NCBI GenBank assembly: GCA_036676985.1 | Contig: JAKFBU010000067.1 | Location: 1-64,000 of the forward strand | Direction: 5' to 3' | DNA: 64,000 nucleotides | Origin: Candidatus Sericytochromatia bacterium | Lineage (GTDB): Bacteria > Cyanobacteriota > Sericytochromatia > S15B-MN24 > UBA4093 | In this document: in pieces, positions 31,241-41,152 of the stretch | How the letters are laid out: each line of letters begins with the position of its first letter | How positions within the stretch are numbered: position 1 is the first letter of the stretch | Position numbers and translations under genes: made by a program | The notes under the pieces: generated by a model | Databases searched by the model: none | What the model saw: only the letters and a program-made list of their open reading frames with translations | Told to the model about the DNA's origin: nothing

Positions 31241-31521
31241 GCGAAGAATCCTTCTGGGTCGCAAGGGGCGCGCGGAGGGCCGTTGCCCGGGACGCTAGGC
31301 CGCCCCGGCAGGCCTCCCATGATACCAGAAAGGGTCGATTGTCGCCGTGTGGCTAAGGCCGTTGCGACGCGCTCTTGCGCCGGCCCGCGCGGGCCCGGAT
31401 CCGGCCGTCACTCCAGTCGGACATCCGAGCGTCATGCGCCCTGCGGCTTCCGGGTGGGGCCCAAGTTTTTTGGCCCTGTCGCCTTCCAAGCGAGGGCAGG
31501 CCCTCGCGTTAGGATGGACCA

Positions 31522-31752
31522 ATGATGCGCCGAGTTCGACGGAGCCCGAGGGCTCTCATGTCTATCGCTTGCCTTCTGGTGGGGGTGATGGGCGGCTGCC
31601 AGTCCCCCCCGTCGTCGGCCACCCGGCCCAATGGCGCCCCGCCGAGGGTCCTCGATCCCGACGGGGAGTGGCGGTTCAAGGCCTATCGCAACTATTCCCC
31701 GTCCCCGGCGGCGTCGGCCTCCGCCCGGCCGGCGTCGGGGCCGAGACGCTAG
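31522..31752 (+). CDS. Possible small lipoprotein
   Basis: Basic N-terminus, hydrophobic stretch, MGGC; short and low complexity. Confidence 0.45.
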   Translation: MMRRVRRSPRALMSIACLLVGVMGGCQSPPSSATRPNGAPPRVLDPDGEWRFKAYRNYSPSPAASASARPASGPRR

Positions 31753-32021
31753 CTCACAAGCCTGTCAATACCCGGGCGGGGCCTGTCCCCCATGGGACAC
31801 CGAGCCCCCGCAGCGCTCTGCGTCGCGGGGGCTTCGTCCTGCTGACGCGCCTTTCGGCCTCCTGTGCGGCGCCAAGATTTGACGCAAAGCGGACGAACAT
31901 TTAACGAGCCGTTGATTTTCTTCGACAACCCTTAACTCGGCGCTCGGCATAATAGATGCGGACGAGCCGTCGCCCGGGGGATGGGCGAGCTCTTGGTCCA
32001 CGCACGATCCGGGAGGAACGC

Positions 32022-33359
32022 ATGTTCAACATCAACGATGTCACGGCTGCTGGTGGAACGGGCCCCTTGCGGCGCCCGGGTTCCCAGGATCCCGCCCAGG
32101 CTGCCGCCGAGGGTGTGGCTCCGACGGCCGCCGAGCTCACCGTTCCTGCGGCCGGGCCGGTGCAAGACCAGACCCAGACCGCGCCCGCCGGCGAGACGTC
32201 GGGTTACGAGCTGGCCGCCACCCCGCTGGTCATCAACTCGGGCACGCCCGGAGCGCCGGCCGACGTGATCCCCGACCACATCAAGGACTACAAGGCCCCC
32301 CTCGATCCCAAGAAGCTCACGGCCGACGACATGAACCGGTTCAACCTGGTTCAGCAGATCTTCCAGATGAAGACCGAGTCGGCGAGCGCCATCGCCAACG
32401 AGACGAACCACGACACTTCGGCCAAGGCGACGGCCCAGTCCAAGAAGGCGGACGCCCCGAAGAAGAAGAAGGGCGGCTTCTTCTCCAAGCTCAAGAACCT
32501 GGTCATGAAGATCCTGCCCGTCCTGACCCTCATCACCATGTTCGTGCCCGGCCTGCAGGTCCTCTCGATGGCGCTCAAGGTGGCTCAGATGGCCATGAAG
32601 GCGATCCAGATGATCGAGGCCCTCAAGAACGGCGACTGGAAGGCCGCGCTCGGCTCGATTGCCGGCATGGCGGCCTCCTTCGGCGGGCCCATCGGCGAGA
32701 TCGCCAAGTGGGGCTCCAAGGGCATGGAGGTCCTCAACGCCGTCGAGAAGGGCGGCCTGGCGGGCGGCCTGAGCGCCATGGGCGGCCTGGTCGGCGGCGA
32801 GGTCGGCGGCTACCTGAACACGGCGGCCAAGGCCGTCACCGCCATCGAGAGCGGCGACCCGATGGCGATGCTCGACGCCGTCGGCGGAGACGCGCTCAAG
32901 GGCCTGGTGGACGAGAAGACCATGGGCATGCTCAAGGATGCGGTGGGCGTGGCCAACGGCATCGTCAAGGGCGACGCCGCGGCCGCTCTCGCGAGCCTCG
33001 GCTCGGCGGCGGGGGCTGCGGGCATCGAGGGGGCGGACACCCTCAAGTCCATCGGCTCGGTGGTCGACGCCTACAACTCGGGGGATGTCTCCAAGCTCTA
33101 CGATGCGGTCAAGGGCACGGGCGTGCTCCCGGACGGCATCACCAAGACGCTCGACGGGGCCGTGCCCCAGGCGATGGCCGCCTACAAGGCCTTCGAGTCG
33201 GGCGACCTGGGCGAGATCATGCGGGTGGCGGGCGACGCCATGCCCGAGGATTTCAAGAAGACGATCACCGAGGCTTTCAACAGCGAGAACCTCAACCAGG
33301 TGGACGATCTGCTGGGCCTCAACACCGCCACGCCGAGCGGCGGCGCCGTCACGGCCTAG
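32022..33359 (+). CDS. Gly/Ala-rich helical protein, translocator- or pore-former-like
   Basis: SD GGGAGG, highly biased codons, no signal peptide, KKKKGGFFSKLK followed by hydrophobic helices and repeated (N/S/K)GD helical units. Confidence 0.8.
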   Translation: MFNINDVTAAGGTGPLRRPGSQDPAQAAAEGVAPTAAELTVPAAGPVQDQTQTAPAGETSGYELAATPLVINSGTPGAPADVIPDHIKDYKAPLDPKKLTADDMNRFNLVQQIFQMKTESASAIANETNHDTSAKATAQSKKADAPKKKKGGFFSKLKNLVMKILPVLTLITMFVPGLQVLSMALKVAQMAMKAIQMIEALKNGDWKAALGSIAGMAASFGGPIGEIAKWGSKGMEVLNAVEKGGLAGGLSAMGGLVGGEVGGYLNTAAKAVTAIESGDPMAMLDAVGGDALKGLVDEKTMGMLKDAVGVANGIVKGDAAAALASLGSAAGAAGIEGADTLKSIGSVVDAYNSGDVSKLYDAVKGTGVLPDGITKTLDGAVPQAMAAYKAFESGDLGEIMRVAGDAMPEDFKKTITEAFNSENLNQVDDLLGLNTATPSGGAVTA

Positions 33360-33379
33360 GCCTCTACCGGAAGGGACCT

Positions 33380-33411
33380 CACGACGGGGGCGCTGCGGCG
33401 CCCCCGTCGTG
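33380..33411 (+). terminator. Intrinsic terminator-like hairpin
   Basis: CACGACGGGGGCGC-TGCG-GCGCCCCCGTCGTG. Confidence 0.7.
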
Positions 33412-33424
33412 TTAGCATGGCGCC

Positions 33425-34513
33425 ATGACGCAACCTTCCCCGATGCCCGGCGCGCTCCTCGCGTGGTTTGACGACCACCAGCGGCCCATGCCCTGGCGCG
33501 AGACGCGCGACCCTTACCACATCTGGATCTCGGAGGTCATGCTCCAGCAGACCCAGGTCGCCACCGTGATTCCCTACTTCGAGCGCTTCACCGCCCGCTT
33601 CCCGACGGTGGGGGACCTGGCGGCGGCCCCCCTCGACGACGTGCTCAAGCACTGGGAGGGGCTTGGCTACTACTCGCGTGCGCGCAACCTCCAGAAGGCC
33701 GCCCAGCAGATCGTCACGGAGCACGGGTCCGTCTTTCCGGATGACTACGCCGCCATCCGGGCCCTGCCGGGCGTCGGCGACTACACGGCGGGGGCCGTCG
33801 CGTCCATCGCCTTCAACCTGCCCGAGCCCGCCGTGGACGGCAACGTCTTCCGGGTGCTCGCGCGGCTCTTCCTGATCGCGGACGACATCGCCCAGCCCCG
33901 GTCGCGCCGCCGCTTCGAGGCGGTGGCCCGCGAGCTCATCCCGCCCGGAGAGGCATGGCGTTTCAACCAGGCGCTCATGGAGCTCGGGGCGACCGTGTGC
34001 ACCGCGGCGAACCCGCGCTGCGGCGAGTGCCCCGTGGCCGCGTGGTGCCAAGCGCGCGCGACCGAACGGGTGCGTGAGCTGCCCGTCAAGTCGAAGAAGA
34101 CGGTCGTCAAGGAGGTGGAGTTCCTCGTGGGGGTGGTCCGGGATGCGGAGGGCCGCTACCTGATCACGCGCCGTCCTGCCAAGGGGCTGCTCGGCGGGCT
34201 ATGGGAGTTCCCGACCGTCGAGGCGGCGGGGCCCGCGGAGGCCGCGGCGCTCGTGGCGTGGTGGCGAGCGGCCTTCGGGGCGGAAATCGCGGCCGCGACG
34301 AAGCTCTTGAGCGTGCCGCACCTGTTCACGCACCGCAAGGCCCTGTTCCATGCCTTCACGGCGGAGCTCGCGTTAGGAGCGCCGGTGCCCGCGAGCCGCG
34401 AGGACCAGCGCTGGGTGGCGCCGGACGAGCTCGACGGGTTCGCCTTTCCGCTCGCGCACAACAAGATCCGCCAGGCCCTGGGTCGGCCGGAGCAGCTGGG
34501 GCTCAACTGGTAG
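33425..34513 (+). CDS. mutY: A/G-specific adenine glycosylase
   Basis: WISEVMLQQTQV, WEGLGYYSRARNL, HhH LPGVGDYTA, VDGNV, CX6CX2CX5C. Confidence 0.97.
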   Translation: MTQPSPMPGALLAWFDDHQRPMPWRETRDPYHIWISEVMLQQTQVATVIPYFERFTARFPTVGDLAAAPLDDVLKHWEGLGYYSRARNLQKAAQQIVTEHGSVFPDDYAAIRALPGVGDYTAGAVASIAFNLPEPAVDGNVFRVLARLFLIADDIAQPRSRRRFEAVARELIPPGEAWRFNQALMELGATVCTAANPRCGECPVAAWCQARATERVRELPVKSKKTVVKEVEFLVGVVRDAEGRYLITRRPAKGLLGGLWEFPTVEAAGPAEAAALVAWWRAAFGAEIAAATKLLSVPHLFTHRKALFHAFTAELALGAPVPASREDQRWVAPDELDGFAFPLAHNKIRQALGRPEQLGLNW

Positions 34514-34570
34514 GACCGGCCTCCGTCACCCATAGACCGGCGCGGAGGCCGGTCCTACTGGAAGTTGGTT

Positions 34571-34822
34571 CTACTCGTTGCGGGCGATCGCGGCCAACTC
34601 CGCGCGCACGGCCATCTGGGCGGCGATGTAGCCGGAGAGGATGCCGTCCTCGAAGTTGTACTGGGAGTCCTGGTCGAGCTCCGGGAAGTCGTGCGGGTTG
34701 AGCACGTCGTCCGGGGTGATCTGCGGGTTGATCTCGCGGGCGATGCGCAGCACCTTGGCGCGTTGGGACTGGATCATGGCCTCGAACAGGGCTTCGAAGC
34801 GGTCGAACGGGATCTCGGTCAT
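34571..34822 (-). CDS. Small hypothetical protein
   Basis: SD GAGGA, 83 aa, ITPDDVLNPHDFPEL...FEDGILSG. Confidence 0.7.
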   Translation of the reverse strand: MTEIPFDRFEALFEAMIQSQRAKVLRIAREINPQITPDDVLNPHDFPELDQDSQYNFEDGILSGYIAAQMAVRAELAAIARNE

Positions 34823-34919
34823 GGGGGTTCCTCTCTGTGCGGGCATGATACCACGCAAGCGAGCGCCCCTTTTCCGCTGCGGGCCGAGATCGTAGCATGG
34901 TCGATCGAAGGAGAGCGCC

Positions 34920-35726
34920 ATGCCCGAGCTGCCCGAAGTCGAGACCATCCGCCGCGATCTGGCCCCCCTCCTGGAGGGGCGCACCATCACCCGGGTCACC
35001 GAGGCGATCGCCGACCCGCACTACCGCCAGCTGGCCGATGCCGTGGGCCGCACCATCCATCGCCTGCGCCGCCGCGGCAAGTACATGATCGCGGACCTGG
35101 GCGATCGCGAGCTGGTCGTGCACCTCGGCATGACGGGCCAGGTGGGCGTCATGGCCGCGGTGCCGCCCGAGCTCAGGCACGTCCACGTGCGCTTCGACCT
35201 CGACGACGGGACGGTCTTCTTCTTCAACGACCAGCGCCGCTTCGGCTACCTGATGGTGGTGGAGCCCGGCGACTACCGGGAGATCCCGACGCTCGCGGCC
35301 ATGGGCCCCGAGCCGCTCGAGCCCGAGTTCGCCTTCGAGCCCTTCGCCCGGGCCATGGCGAAAGCCAAGACCGTCAAGCCGCTCCTCTTGAGTCAGCGGG
35401 TGGTGGCCGGCCTCGGCAACATCTACGTGGACGAGGCCCTGCACCGGGCGAAGCTGCACCCGGAGCGCGGCGCGCTCACGCGCCCCGAGGCGCGCCGCCT
35501 GTACGACGCCATCCGCGCGGTGCTCGCCACGGGCATCGCGAACCGGGGCACGACCTTCAAGGACTACCGGGACGGCATGGGCCGCTACGGCACGAACCAG
35601 GCCTTCCTGTGGGCCTTCGACCAGGAGGGCAAGCCGTGCCGCATGTGCGGCGGACTCATCGAGAAGACGCGGGTCGGCAACCGCGGCACCTACCTGTGTC
35701 CGCGTTGCCAGCGTGCCAAGCGCTGA
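34920..35726 (+). CDS. mutM: Formamidopyrimidine-DNA glycosylase
   Basis: MPELPEVE, HLGMTG, GLGNIY, C-terminal zinc finger. Confidence 0.97.
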   Translation: MPELPEVETIRRDLAPLLEGRTITRVTEAIADPHYRQLADAVGRTIHRLRRRGKYMIADLGDRELVVHLGMTGQVGVMAAVPPELRHVHVRFDLDDGTVFFFNDQRRFGYLMVVEPGDYREIPTLAAMGPEPLEPEFAFEPFARAMAKAKTVKPLLLSQRVVAGLGNIYVDEALHRAKLHPERGALTRPEARRLYDAIRAVLATGIANRGTTFKDYRDGMGRYGTNQAFLWAFDQEGKPCRMCGGLIEKTRVGNRGTYLCPRCQRAKR

Positions 35727-35773
35727 GGCATGGCCTATAATCCGGTAGACACGCGCTTGGGCAGGAGGTTTAC

Positions 35774-38566
35774 GTGAGGCTGGTTCCGCTCCTGGTGGCC
35801 CTGGGCCTCCTCATGCCGCTCTCGCGGCCGACCCCGGCGGCCCCGCCCCCGCGCGATCCGCTGTACGTCAATCTGGTCTGGCACCAGCACCAGCCCCTCT
35901 ACCCCAAGGAGCCCGGCACCAACATCTACAAGATGCCCTGGGTGCGCCTCCATGCGCTCAAGGACTACGTGGACATGGCGGCCGTGGTCGAGCGTTACCC
36001 CGGCCTGCGCCTCACCTTCAACCTCACGCCGGTGCTGCTGCAGCAGCTCGAGGACTACCGCCGGGGGGCGACCGACCGCTACCTGATGCTCGCCTACCGT
36101 CCGGCCGGCCGCCTGTCGGCCGCCGAGAAGACGGCCATCGACAAGGGCTTCTTCCAGGCCTCCGAGGAGACCTTCCGCCGGATGCCCGCCTACCGGGCCC
36201 TACGCGACAAGCCGCGGGATCGCTACACGGAGGCGGACTGGCGTGACCTGCAGGTCTGGTTCTCGCTGGCATGGATGGATCCGGACGACTTGGCGCGTCC
36301 GCCCTTCTCCCTGCTCGTCAAAAAGGGCCGCGGCTTCAGCGAGGAACAGAAGCTGGAGCTCCTGCGCCAGCAGCGCTCCATCGTGGCGAGCGTCATCCCC
36401 CTGCATCGCCGGCTCCAGAACGAGGGCAAGATCGAGATCGCAACGACGCCCTACTACCATCCCATCCTGCCCCTGGTCCACGATTCGCGGCTCGCGCGCG
36501 AGGCCCTGCCGGGCGTCGAGTTGCCCGAGCGGTTCAGCTTCCCCGAGGACGCCGCCAAGCAGGTGCAGTGGGCCGTCGAGACCTATCAGCGCCTGTTCGG
36601 ACGCGCACCGCGCGGCATGTGGCCAGCAGAAGGGGCCGTGGCCCAGGCGGTCGCTCCCCATTTCAAGCAGGCGGGCATTCGCTGGATCGCCTCCGACGAG
36701 GGGGTGCTCGCGACCTCGCTGCGCACCGCCGTGCGCCGCCAGGAGCGGGTCGTGCGGCCCGACCTGCTCTACCGCCCCTACCAGATCCAGGACGGTCCGG
36801 CCATCGTCTTTCGCGATCGCAAGCTCTCGGACGACATCGGCTTCAGGTACGGCCGGATGGACGGGCGTAAGGCGGCCCAGGACCTCTTGCGCCAGCTGAA
36901 GGCGATCGCCTTCCAGCGATCCATGCCGCAGACCAAGCTCGTGAGCATCATCCTGGACGGCGAGAACGCCTGGGAGCACTACCCGGATGACGGCAAGGCC
37001 TTCCTCGACGAGCTGTACCGGGGCCTGACCACCTCGGACTGGGTCCGCACGACCACGCCGTCCGAGTTCCTCGCACGCAACAAGCCCCAGCCGCTCTCAC
37101 GCCTGGCGGCGGGCTCCTGGATCCGCGCCGACTTCGCCACCTGGATCGGCGAGGCCGAGGAGAACCGGGCCTGGGACATGCTCCTGGCGGCCCGTCAGGC
37201 GCTGGCGGCCTATCGCCGGGACCGCGGCGAGGACGCGCGCTACCGCCAGGCCGAGCGCACCATGCTCGCAGCGCAAGGCAGCGACTGGTTCTGGTGGTAC
37301 GGCACCGACCAGGACTCGGGCCGGGATGCGGACTTCGACGCGGGGTTCCGGGATCTGGTGGCGGACGTCTACCGGACGCTCGGCCAGACGGTCCCGGCGG
37401 CCGTCACCGGCGAGATCCATCGCCTCAACCGCCTGGCGGACCGCATGCCCGCGGGTTACGTGAGCCCCGATCTGGACGGACGCCTGGAGACCGCCTGGGA
37501 CCAGGGGGGGCTCGCCTCGCCCCTCGGCGGCACCATGCAGCGGGGCTCGGGCGGGCTCGCCGAGCTGCGCTACGGCTGGGACGCCGAGACCCTCAGCCTC
37601 GCCATCGGGTTCGATCGCCCGCCCGAACCGTTCCGGATTCGCCTCAAGAGCGCGGAGCGGTCGCGCGAGTGGACGCTCGTAGTGGATCCGGTGGCAGGCT
37701 CGGCGCGTCTCTTGTCGGCTGGCGGGGGGACGTCCGCGCCGGTGCGCGTGGCGGTGGCCGGGCGACAGCTCGAGCTGAGCGTACCGTGGCGCCATTTCGA
37801 CGGCCTGGGGCGCGAGCTGCTGTTGCAGGTGGAGGCGGGCGATCGCCCCTTCCCCCGGGAGCCGCTGCGCATCCCGCGCCCCCTGCCCCACGGCACGTTG
37901 ATGGTCGCGCTTCCGGACGCTGCGGGCGACGCCCTGGGAGCGGGCGACCTCGCGCCTCCGAGGAGCCCGCGCATGGCGCTGCCGAACTTCGATCTGCGCC
38001 AGCTCGAGGTTGCGGAGGCGGGCGACGAGTGGATCTTCACGGTGCACATGGGCCAGATGGACAACCCCTGGAAGGCCCCGAACGGCCTCGGCCTGCCGAC
38101 CCTCGACCTGTACCTGAGCTCGCACGAGCAGCCGGCCTCGCCGTCGGCGCTGTTCGCGGCGCGGGGGGCCACGGGCGATCGCCCCTGGGACGTGGCCCTG
38201 CGCCTGGAGGGCTGGCTGAGCGGGCTCTATCAGCCGTCGGGCGTCAAGCTCATGGACCTCGTGCCGCAGGCGGACCCGTTGGGTCGCAAGGTGGCCGTGC
38301 GGATCCCGAAGCAGCTCGTGCCCGGCGACCCCCACAGCTGGCGGTATCTGCTCATCGCCCTGGCGCAGGACGGCAACGCGCCGGGTCGCGTCCGGCCGCT
38401 GATGCCGCAGCCGACCCTCTACTACTTCTCGGGCAAGGGGGCTCCGATCCTGGATTGGCTGGATGACGGGCGGCAGGAGCTGGTGCTCGGCATGCGGCCC
38501 ATGCCGGTACTTCCGTTCGTGGCGCCGGGACGGCCGGAGTTCAAGCCGCGGGGCGACCGGTTCTAG
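35774..38566 (+). CDS. Secreted GH57 amylopullulanase with glucodextranase-like C-terminal domain
   Basis: WHQHQP, PWVRLH, GMWPAEG, ILDGENAWE, AQGSDWFWW; C-terminal DAAGDA.G.G and NPWKAPNG; signal-like N-terminus. Confidence 0.9.
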   Translation: MRLVPLLVALGLLMPLSRPTPAAPPPRDPLYVNLVWHQHQPLYPKEPGTNIYKMPWVRLHALKDYVDMAAVVERYPGLRLTFNLTPVLLQQLEDYRRGATDRYLMLAYRPAGRLSAAEKTAIDKGFFQASEETFRRMPAYRALRDKPRDRYTEADWRDLQVWFSLAWMDPDDLARPPFSLLVKKGRGFSEEQKLELLRQQRSIVASVIPLHRRLQNEGKIEIATTPYYHPILPLVHDSRLAREALPGVELPERFSFPEDAAKQVQWAVETYQRLFGRAPRGMWPAEGAVAQAVAPHFKQAGIRWIASDEGVLATSLRTAVRRQERVVRPDLLYRPYQIQDGPAIVFRDRKLSDDIGFRYGRMDGRKAAQDLLRQLKAIAFQRSMPQTKLVSIILDGENAWEHYPDDGKAFLDELYRGLTTSDWVRTTTPSEFLARNKPQPLSRLAAGSWIRADFATWIGEAEENRAWDMLLAARQALAAYRRDRGEDARYRQAERTMLAAQGSDWFWWYGTDQDSGRDADFDAGFRDLVADVYRTLGQTVPAAVTGEIHRLNRLADRMPAGYVSPDLDGRLETAWDQGGLASPLGGTMQRGSGGLAELRYGWDAETLSLAIGFDRPPEPFRIRLKSAERSREWTLVVDPVAGSARLLSAGGGTSAPVRVAVAGRQLELSVPWRHFDGLGRELLLQVEAGDRPFPREPLRIPRPLPHGTLMVALPDAAGDALGAGDLAPPRSPRMALPNFDLRQLEVAEAGDEWIFTVHMGQMDNPWKAPNGLGLPTLDLYLSSHEQPASPSALFAARGATGDRPWDVALRLEGWLSGLYQPSGVKLMDLVPQADPLGRKVAVRIPKQLVPGDPHSWRYLLIALAQDGNAPGRVRPLMPQPTLYYFSGKGAPILDWLDDGRQELVLGMRPMPVLPFVAPGRPEFKPRGDRF

Positions 38567-38567
38567 T

Positions 38568-39449
38568 TCAGATGGGCTGGCTCTTCACGTCCCCCAGGGA
38601 CGTCGAGCCATGCGATTCCGGCTCGCCGTGCCCCCCCGACTCCAGCGGCAGGTTCTTCGGCGACTCGATGCCGATGGCGAGCAGCTGGTCGTCGCCCGGC
38701 ATGGTCACGATCTTGACGACCACTCCGCCCTTGAGGAACTTCATGGGCTGCAGGCCCGCCACCATGTCCTCCTCGATGGCCGTGCCGTAGAGCCGGCTCG
38801 CCTTGCCCAGCCGATCGCCGACCGAGAGACCCTCGCTCGTCTTGAAGCCCTTCTCGAGGACGCCCACCTGGTACACCTTGTCGTCCAGGAAGGTGACCGT
38901 CAGGTCCGCCACCGCCGTCTCGCCCTCCTGCGTGAGGCCGTACTGCCACATGATCACCCGGTGCTGCTCCCCGTCCGGGCCGTTCCAGAGCAGCTCCGAG
39001 TCGCGGCGCTCCGGCGCCCCGAGTTTCTGCTCCACCGCGTTTTTCGACTCGCCGACCTGAACGCCCGCGAGGCTCGGCGCCTTGGTGCCCGAGCCGAAGA
39101 TCTGGCTGCCGGCCTGGGCCGCAAGCCACAGGGCCCCGGCCGCCAACGTCGCCGTCGCGAGCCGCGTCAGCCGCGATCGCCAGGGCAGCCCCCGCGCGGG
39201 CGCGGGGCGCAGGCGCGCGGGCAGGTAGGCGCCGCAGGCCGCACAGTGCGGCGCATCCGGCTCCGCGATGGCTCGGCCGCACGCCAGGCATGCCGTCTCG
39301 TCCGGCCGAAGGAGCGACTCGCCGCAGTGGGCGCAATAGCTCGCCGCACCCCGCGTCGTCTCCCCACACTGGTGGCAATGCACGACGACCACGGACGCCG
39401 GCGGCGTGCTGGGGGGCGGGTCGAGGGGGTTATCGAGACGATCCGTCAC
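38568..39449 (-). CDS. Double zinc-ribbon membrane protein
   Basis: Four CxxC pairs, one TM helix, C-terminal repeats GVQVGES..AVEQKLG and GLSVGD....ASRLYG. Confidence 0.8.
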   Translation of the reverse strand: MTDRLDNPLDPPPSTPPASVVVVHCHQCGETTRGAASYCAHCGESLLRPDETACLACGRAIAEPDAPHCAACGAYLPARLRPAPARGLPWRSRLTRLATATLAAGALWLAAQAGSQIFGSGTKAPSLAGVQVGESKNAVEQKLGAPERRDSELLWNGPDGEQHRVIMWQYGLTQEGETAVADLTVTFLDDKVYQVGVLEKGFKTSEGLSVGDRLGKASRLYGTAIEEDMVAGLQPMKFLKGGVVVKIVTMPGDDQLLAIGIESPKNLPLESGGHGEPESHGSTSLGDVKSQPI

Positions 39450-39634
39450 GCCGACTCTCCACGTCGAGGGTCACGGGCGGATCATAGCGTAACGAATCGT
39501 GAAGCTCCAACATGCAAGCGAGCTTTTCGGCCACCTTGGCCAACGGCCGCCGAGTCGCATGGGGGGCTCGAAAAAGCCCGCCTGATCGGGTATATAGCAA
39601 TCGCCAGGACTCCAATACCGTGAAAGGAACGCCC

Positions 39635-40534
39635 ATGCGTCGAACCGTCCGCACCCTCGCCCTCGCCACCGCCTGTTCGCTGCTCGTCGCCGCCTGTGAT
39701 GCGGTGGGCACGGCCAACGTGCTGCCCGCGCTCAAGTCGGTGCGGCTGAGCGGTCAGCAGCAGACGATCGCCAACCAGCTCGTGACGGACGTGGTGGCGA
39801 ACGCGCAGGCCTACACCGACCTGGATCTGGCCGCCCTGTTCACGGACGGCGGGAGTGCCGCGGCCTATCGCGCCCAGCGTGCCGGTGGCAAGCCCCCTGC
39901 TGCCCAGCAGCGCGACACCAAGGTCAAGGAGCGTTTCAAGCAGCAGCTGGACAAGCACAAGGGCGGCATGAAGGCCACGAGCGTCGCGACGGAGTCGGTG
40001 ACGGTGGACGGCGTGGCCTGCGTCGCCACCACCACCCAGCTCCAGTTCAGCCGCGGGGCCGTGACGCAGAGCCAGACCCTCACGCGGACGGTGGATCCCG
40101 ACGGCGACGTGCTCAAGGTGGTGCAGGACATGAGCCGCACCTTCCAGAACGGCCACTCCTTCACGGCCCACCGGGAGCGCACCAACGCCGCGGACGGCTC
40201 CTACACCGTCCTCTACCACTCGGAAGCCACCATGAAGGGCCGGACCCGGGTGGTGGACTGGACGCGCACGGGGGCCGCGGACGGCAGCGAGACGGGCACG
40301 GGCACGATCAAGCGCGCCAACGGGACGATCGTGACCATCACCGTCACCAAGACGGCCGACGGCGTGACGACGACCGTCACCAAGGACACCGCCGCCAAGG
40401 TCGGCGTCGAGGTCGCTCAGACCGACGGAGCTACCGAGGCCACGGCCAAGGTCACGGACTCCTCGACCGGAACGGAGACCGTGGCGGGGACGGTCACGGT
40501 GGATGCCGAGGCCACCGAGCCCGCAGCGGAGTAA
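39635..40534 (+). CDS. Thr-rich beta-repeat lipoprotein
   Basis: SD AAAGGA, lipobox VAAC, repeated (A/P)DG(S/T) hairpins. Confidence 0.8.
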   Translation: MRRTVRTLALATACSLLVAACDAVGTANVLPALKSVRLSGQQQTIANQLVTDVVANAQAYTDLDLAALFTDGGSAAAYRAQRAGGKPPAAQQRDTKVKERFKQQLDKHKGGMKATSVATESVTVDGVACVATTTQLQFSRGAVTQSQTLTRTVDPDGDVLKVVQDMSRTFQNGHSFTAHRERTNAADGSYTVLYHSEATMKGRTRVVDWTRTGAADGSETGTGTIKRANGTIVTITVTKTADGVTTTVTKDTAAKVGVEVAQTDGATEATAKVTDSSTGTETVAGTVTVDAEATEPAAE

Positions 40535-40573
40535 ACCAAAAGGCCCCCGCCCATCGGGCGGGGGCCTTTTGGT
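40535..40573. terminator. Bidirectional terminator
   Basis: ACCAAAAGGCCCCCGCCC-ATC-GGGCGGGGGCCTTTTGGT. Confidence 0.85.
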
Positions 40574-41109
40574 CAGTCGCGTCGAAAGAGCCGGCTCAGC
40601 TGGTAGCCGAGTGATCGCTGCTTCTTGAGCGTCGCCTTCGCCTGCTTGAACTCGGCGAGCGCCCAGGCCTGCTGCTCCCGGCGGGAGTTGGCCTCGCCCA
40701 CCGAGAAGGCGATGTGCTCCGCTGTCAGATCGCTCAGCCGCTGCCGGGCCAGCCCGTGACCCGGGTCCCGCAGGAGGGCCTGGCGGTACTGGGCGATCGC
40801 CCACTCACGCTTGCCCGCAAGGGCGTAGACCTCGCCGATCCGGAACACGGGCTCGGCGTCCTGCGGGTTGAGCTTGAGCAGATGGTGGTACTGGACGATG
40901 GCGTCGTCGTAGCGGCCGAGATCCGCGAGCAGGGCTCCGAACGACAGCCGCGAGACGCGCCAGTCGGGCTGGAGTGCGAGCGATGCCTCGAACTCCTTGA
41001 CGGCCTCCTCCTGGCGACCTTCGGCCGCGAGCGACAGCGCCTGGTCCAGATGGACCTGGGCCGGATCCTTGTCTTTCTTCTTACGCCAGAACCACATGCC
41101 TGCAGTCAT
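40573..41109 (-). CDS. TPR protein
   Basis: About three TPR units, e.g. LADLGRYDDAIVQY. Confidence 0.85.
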   Translation of the reverse strand: MTAGMWFWRKKKDKDPAQVHLDQALSLAAEGRQEEAVKEFEASLALQPDWRVSRLSFGALLADLGRYDDAIVQYHHLLKLNPQDAEPVFRIGEVYALAGKREWAIAQYRQALLRDPGHGLARQRLSDLTAEHIAFSVGEANSRREQQAWALAEFKQAKATLKKQRSLGYQLSRLFRRD

Positions 41110-41152
41110 TCCTTCGAGCGGGGGCGCCCCTACTATACCCGAGCGATGCGCC

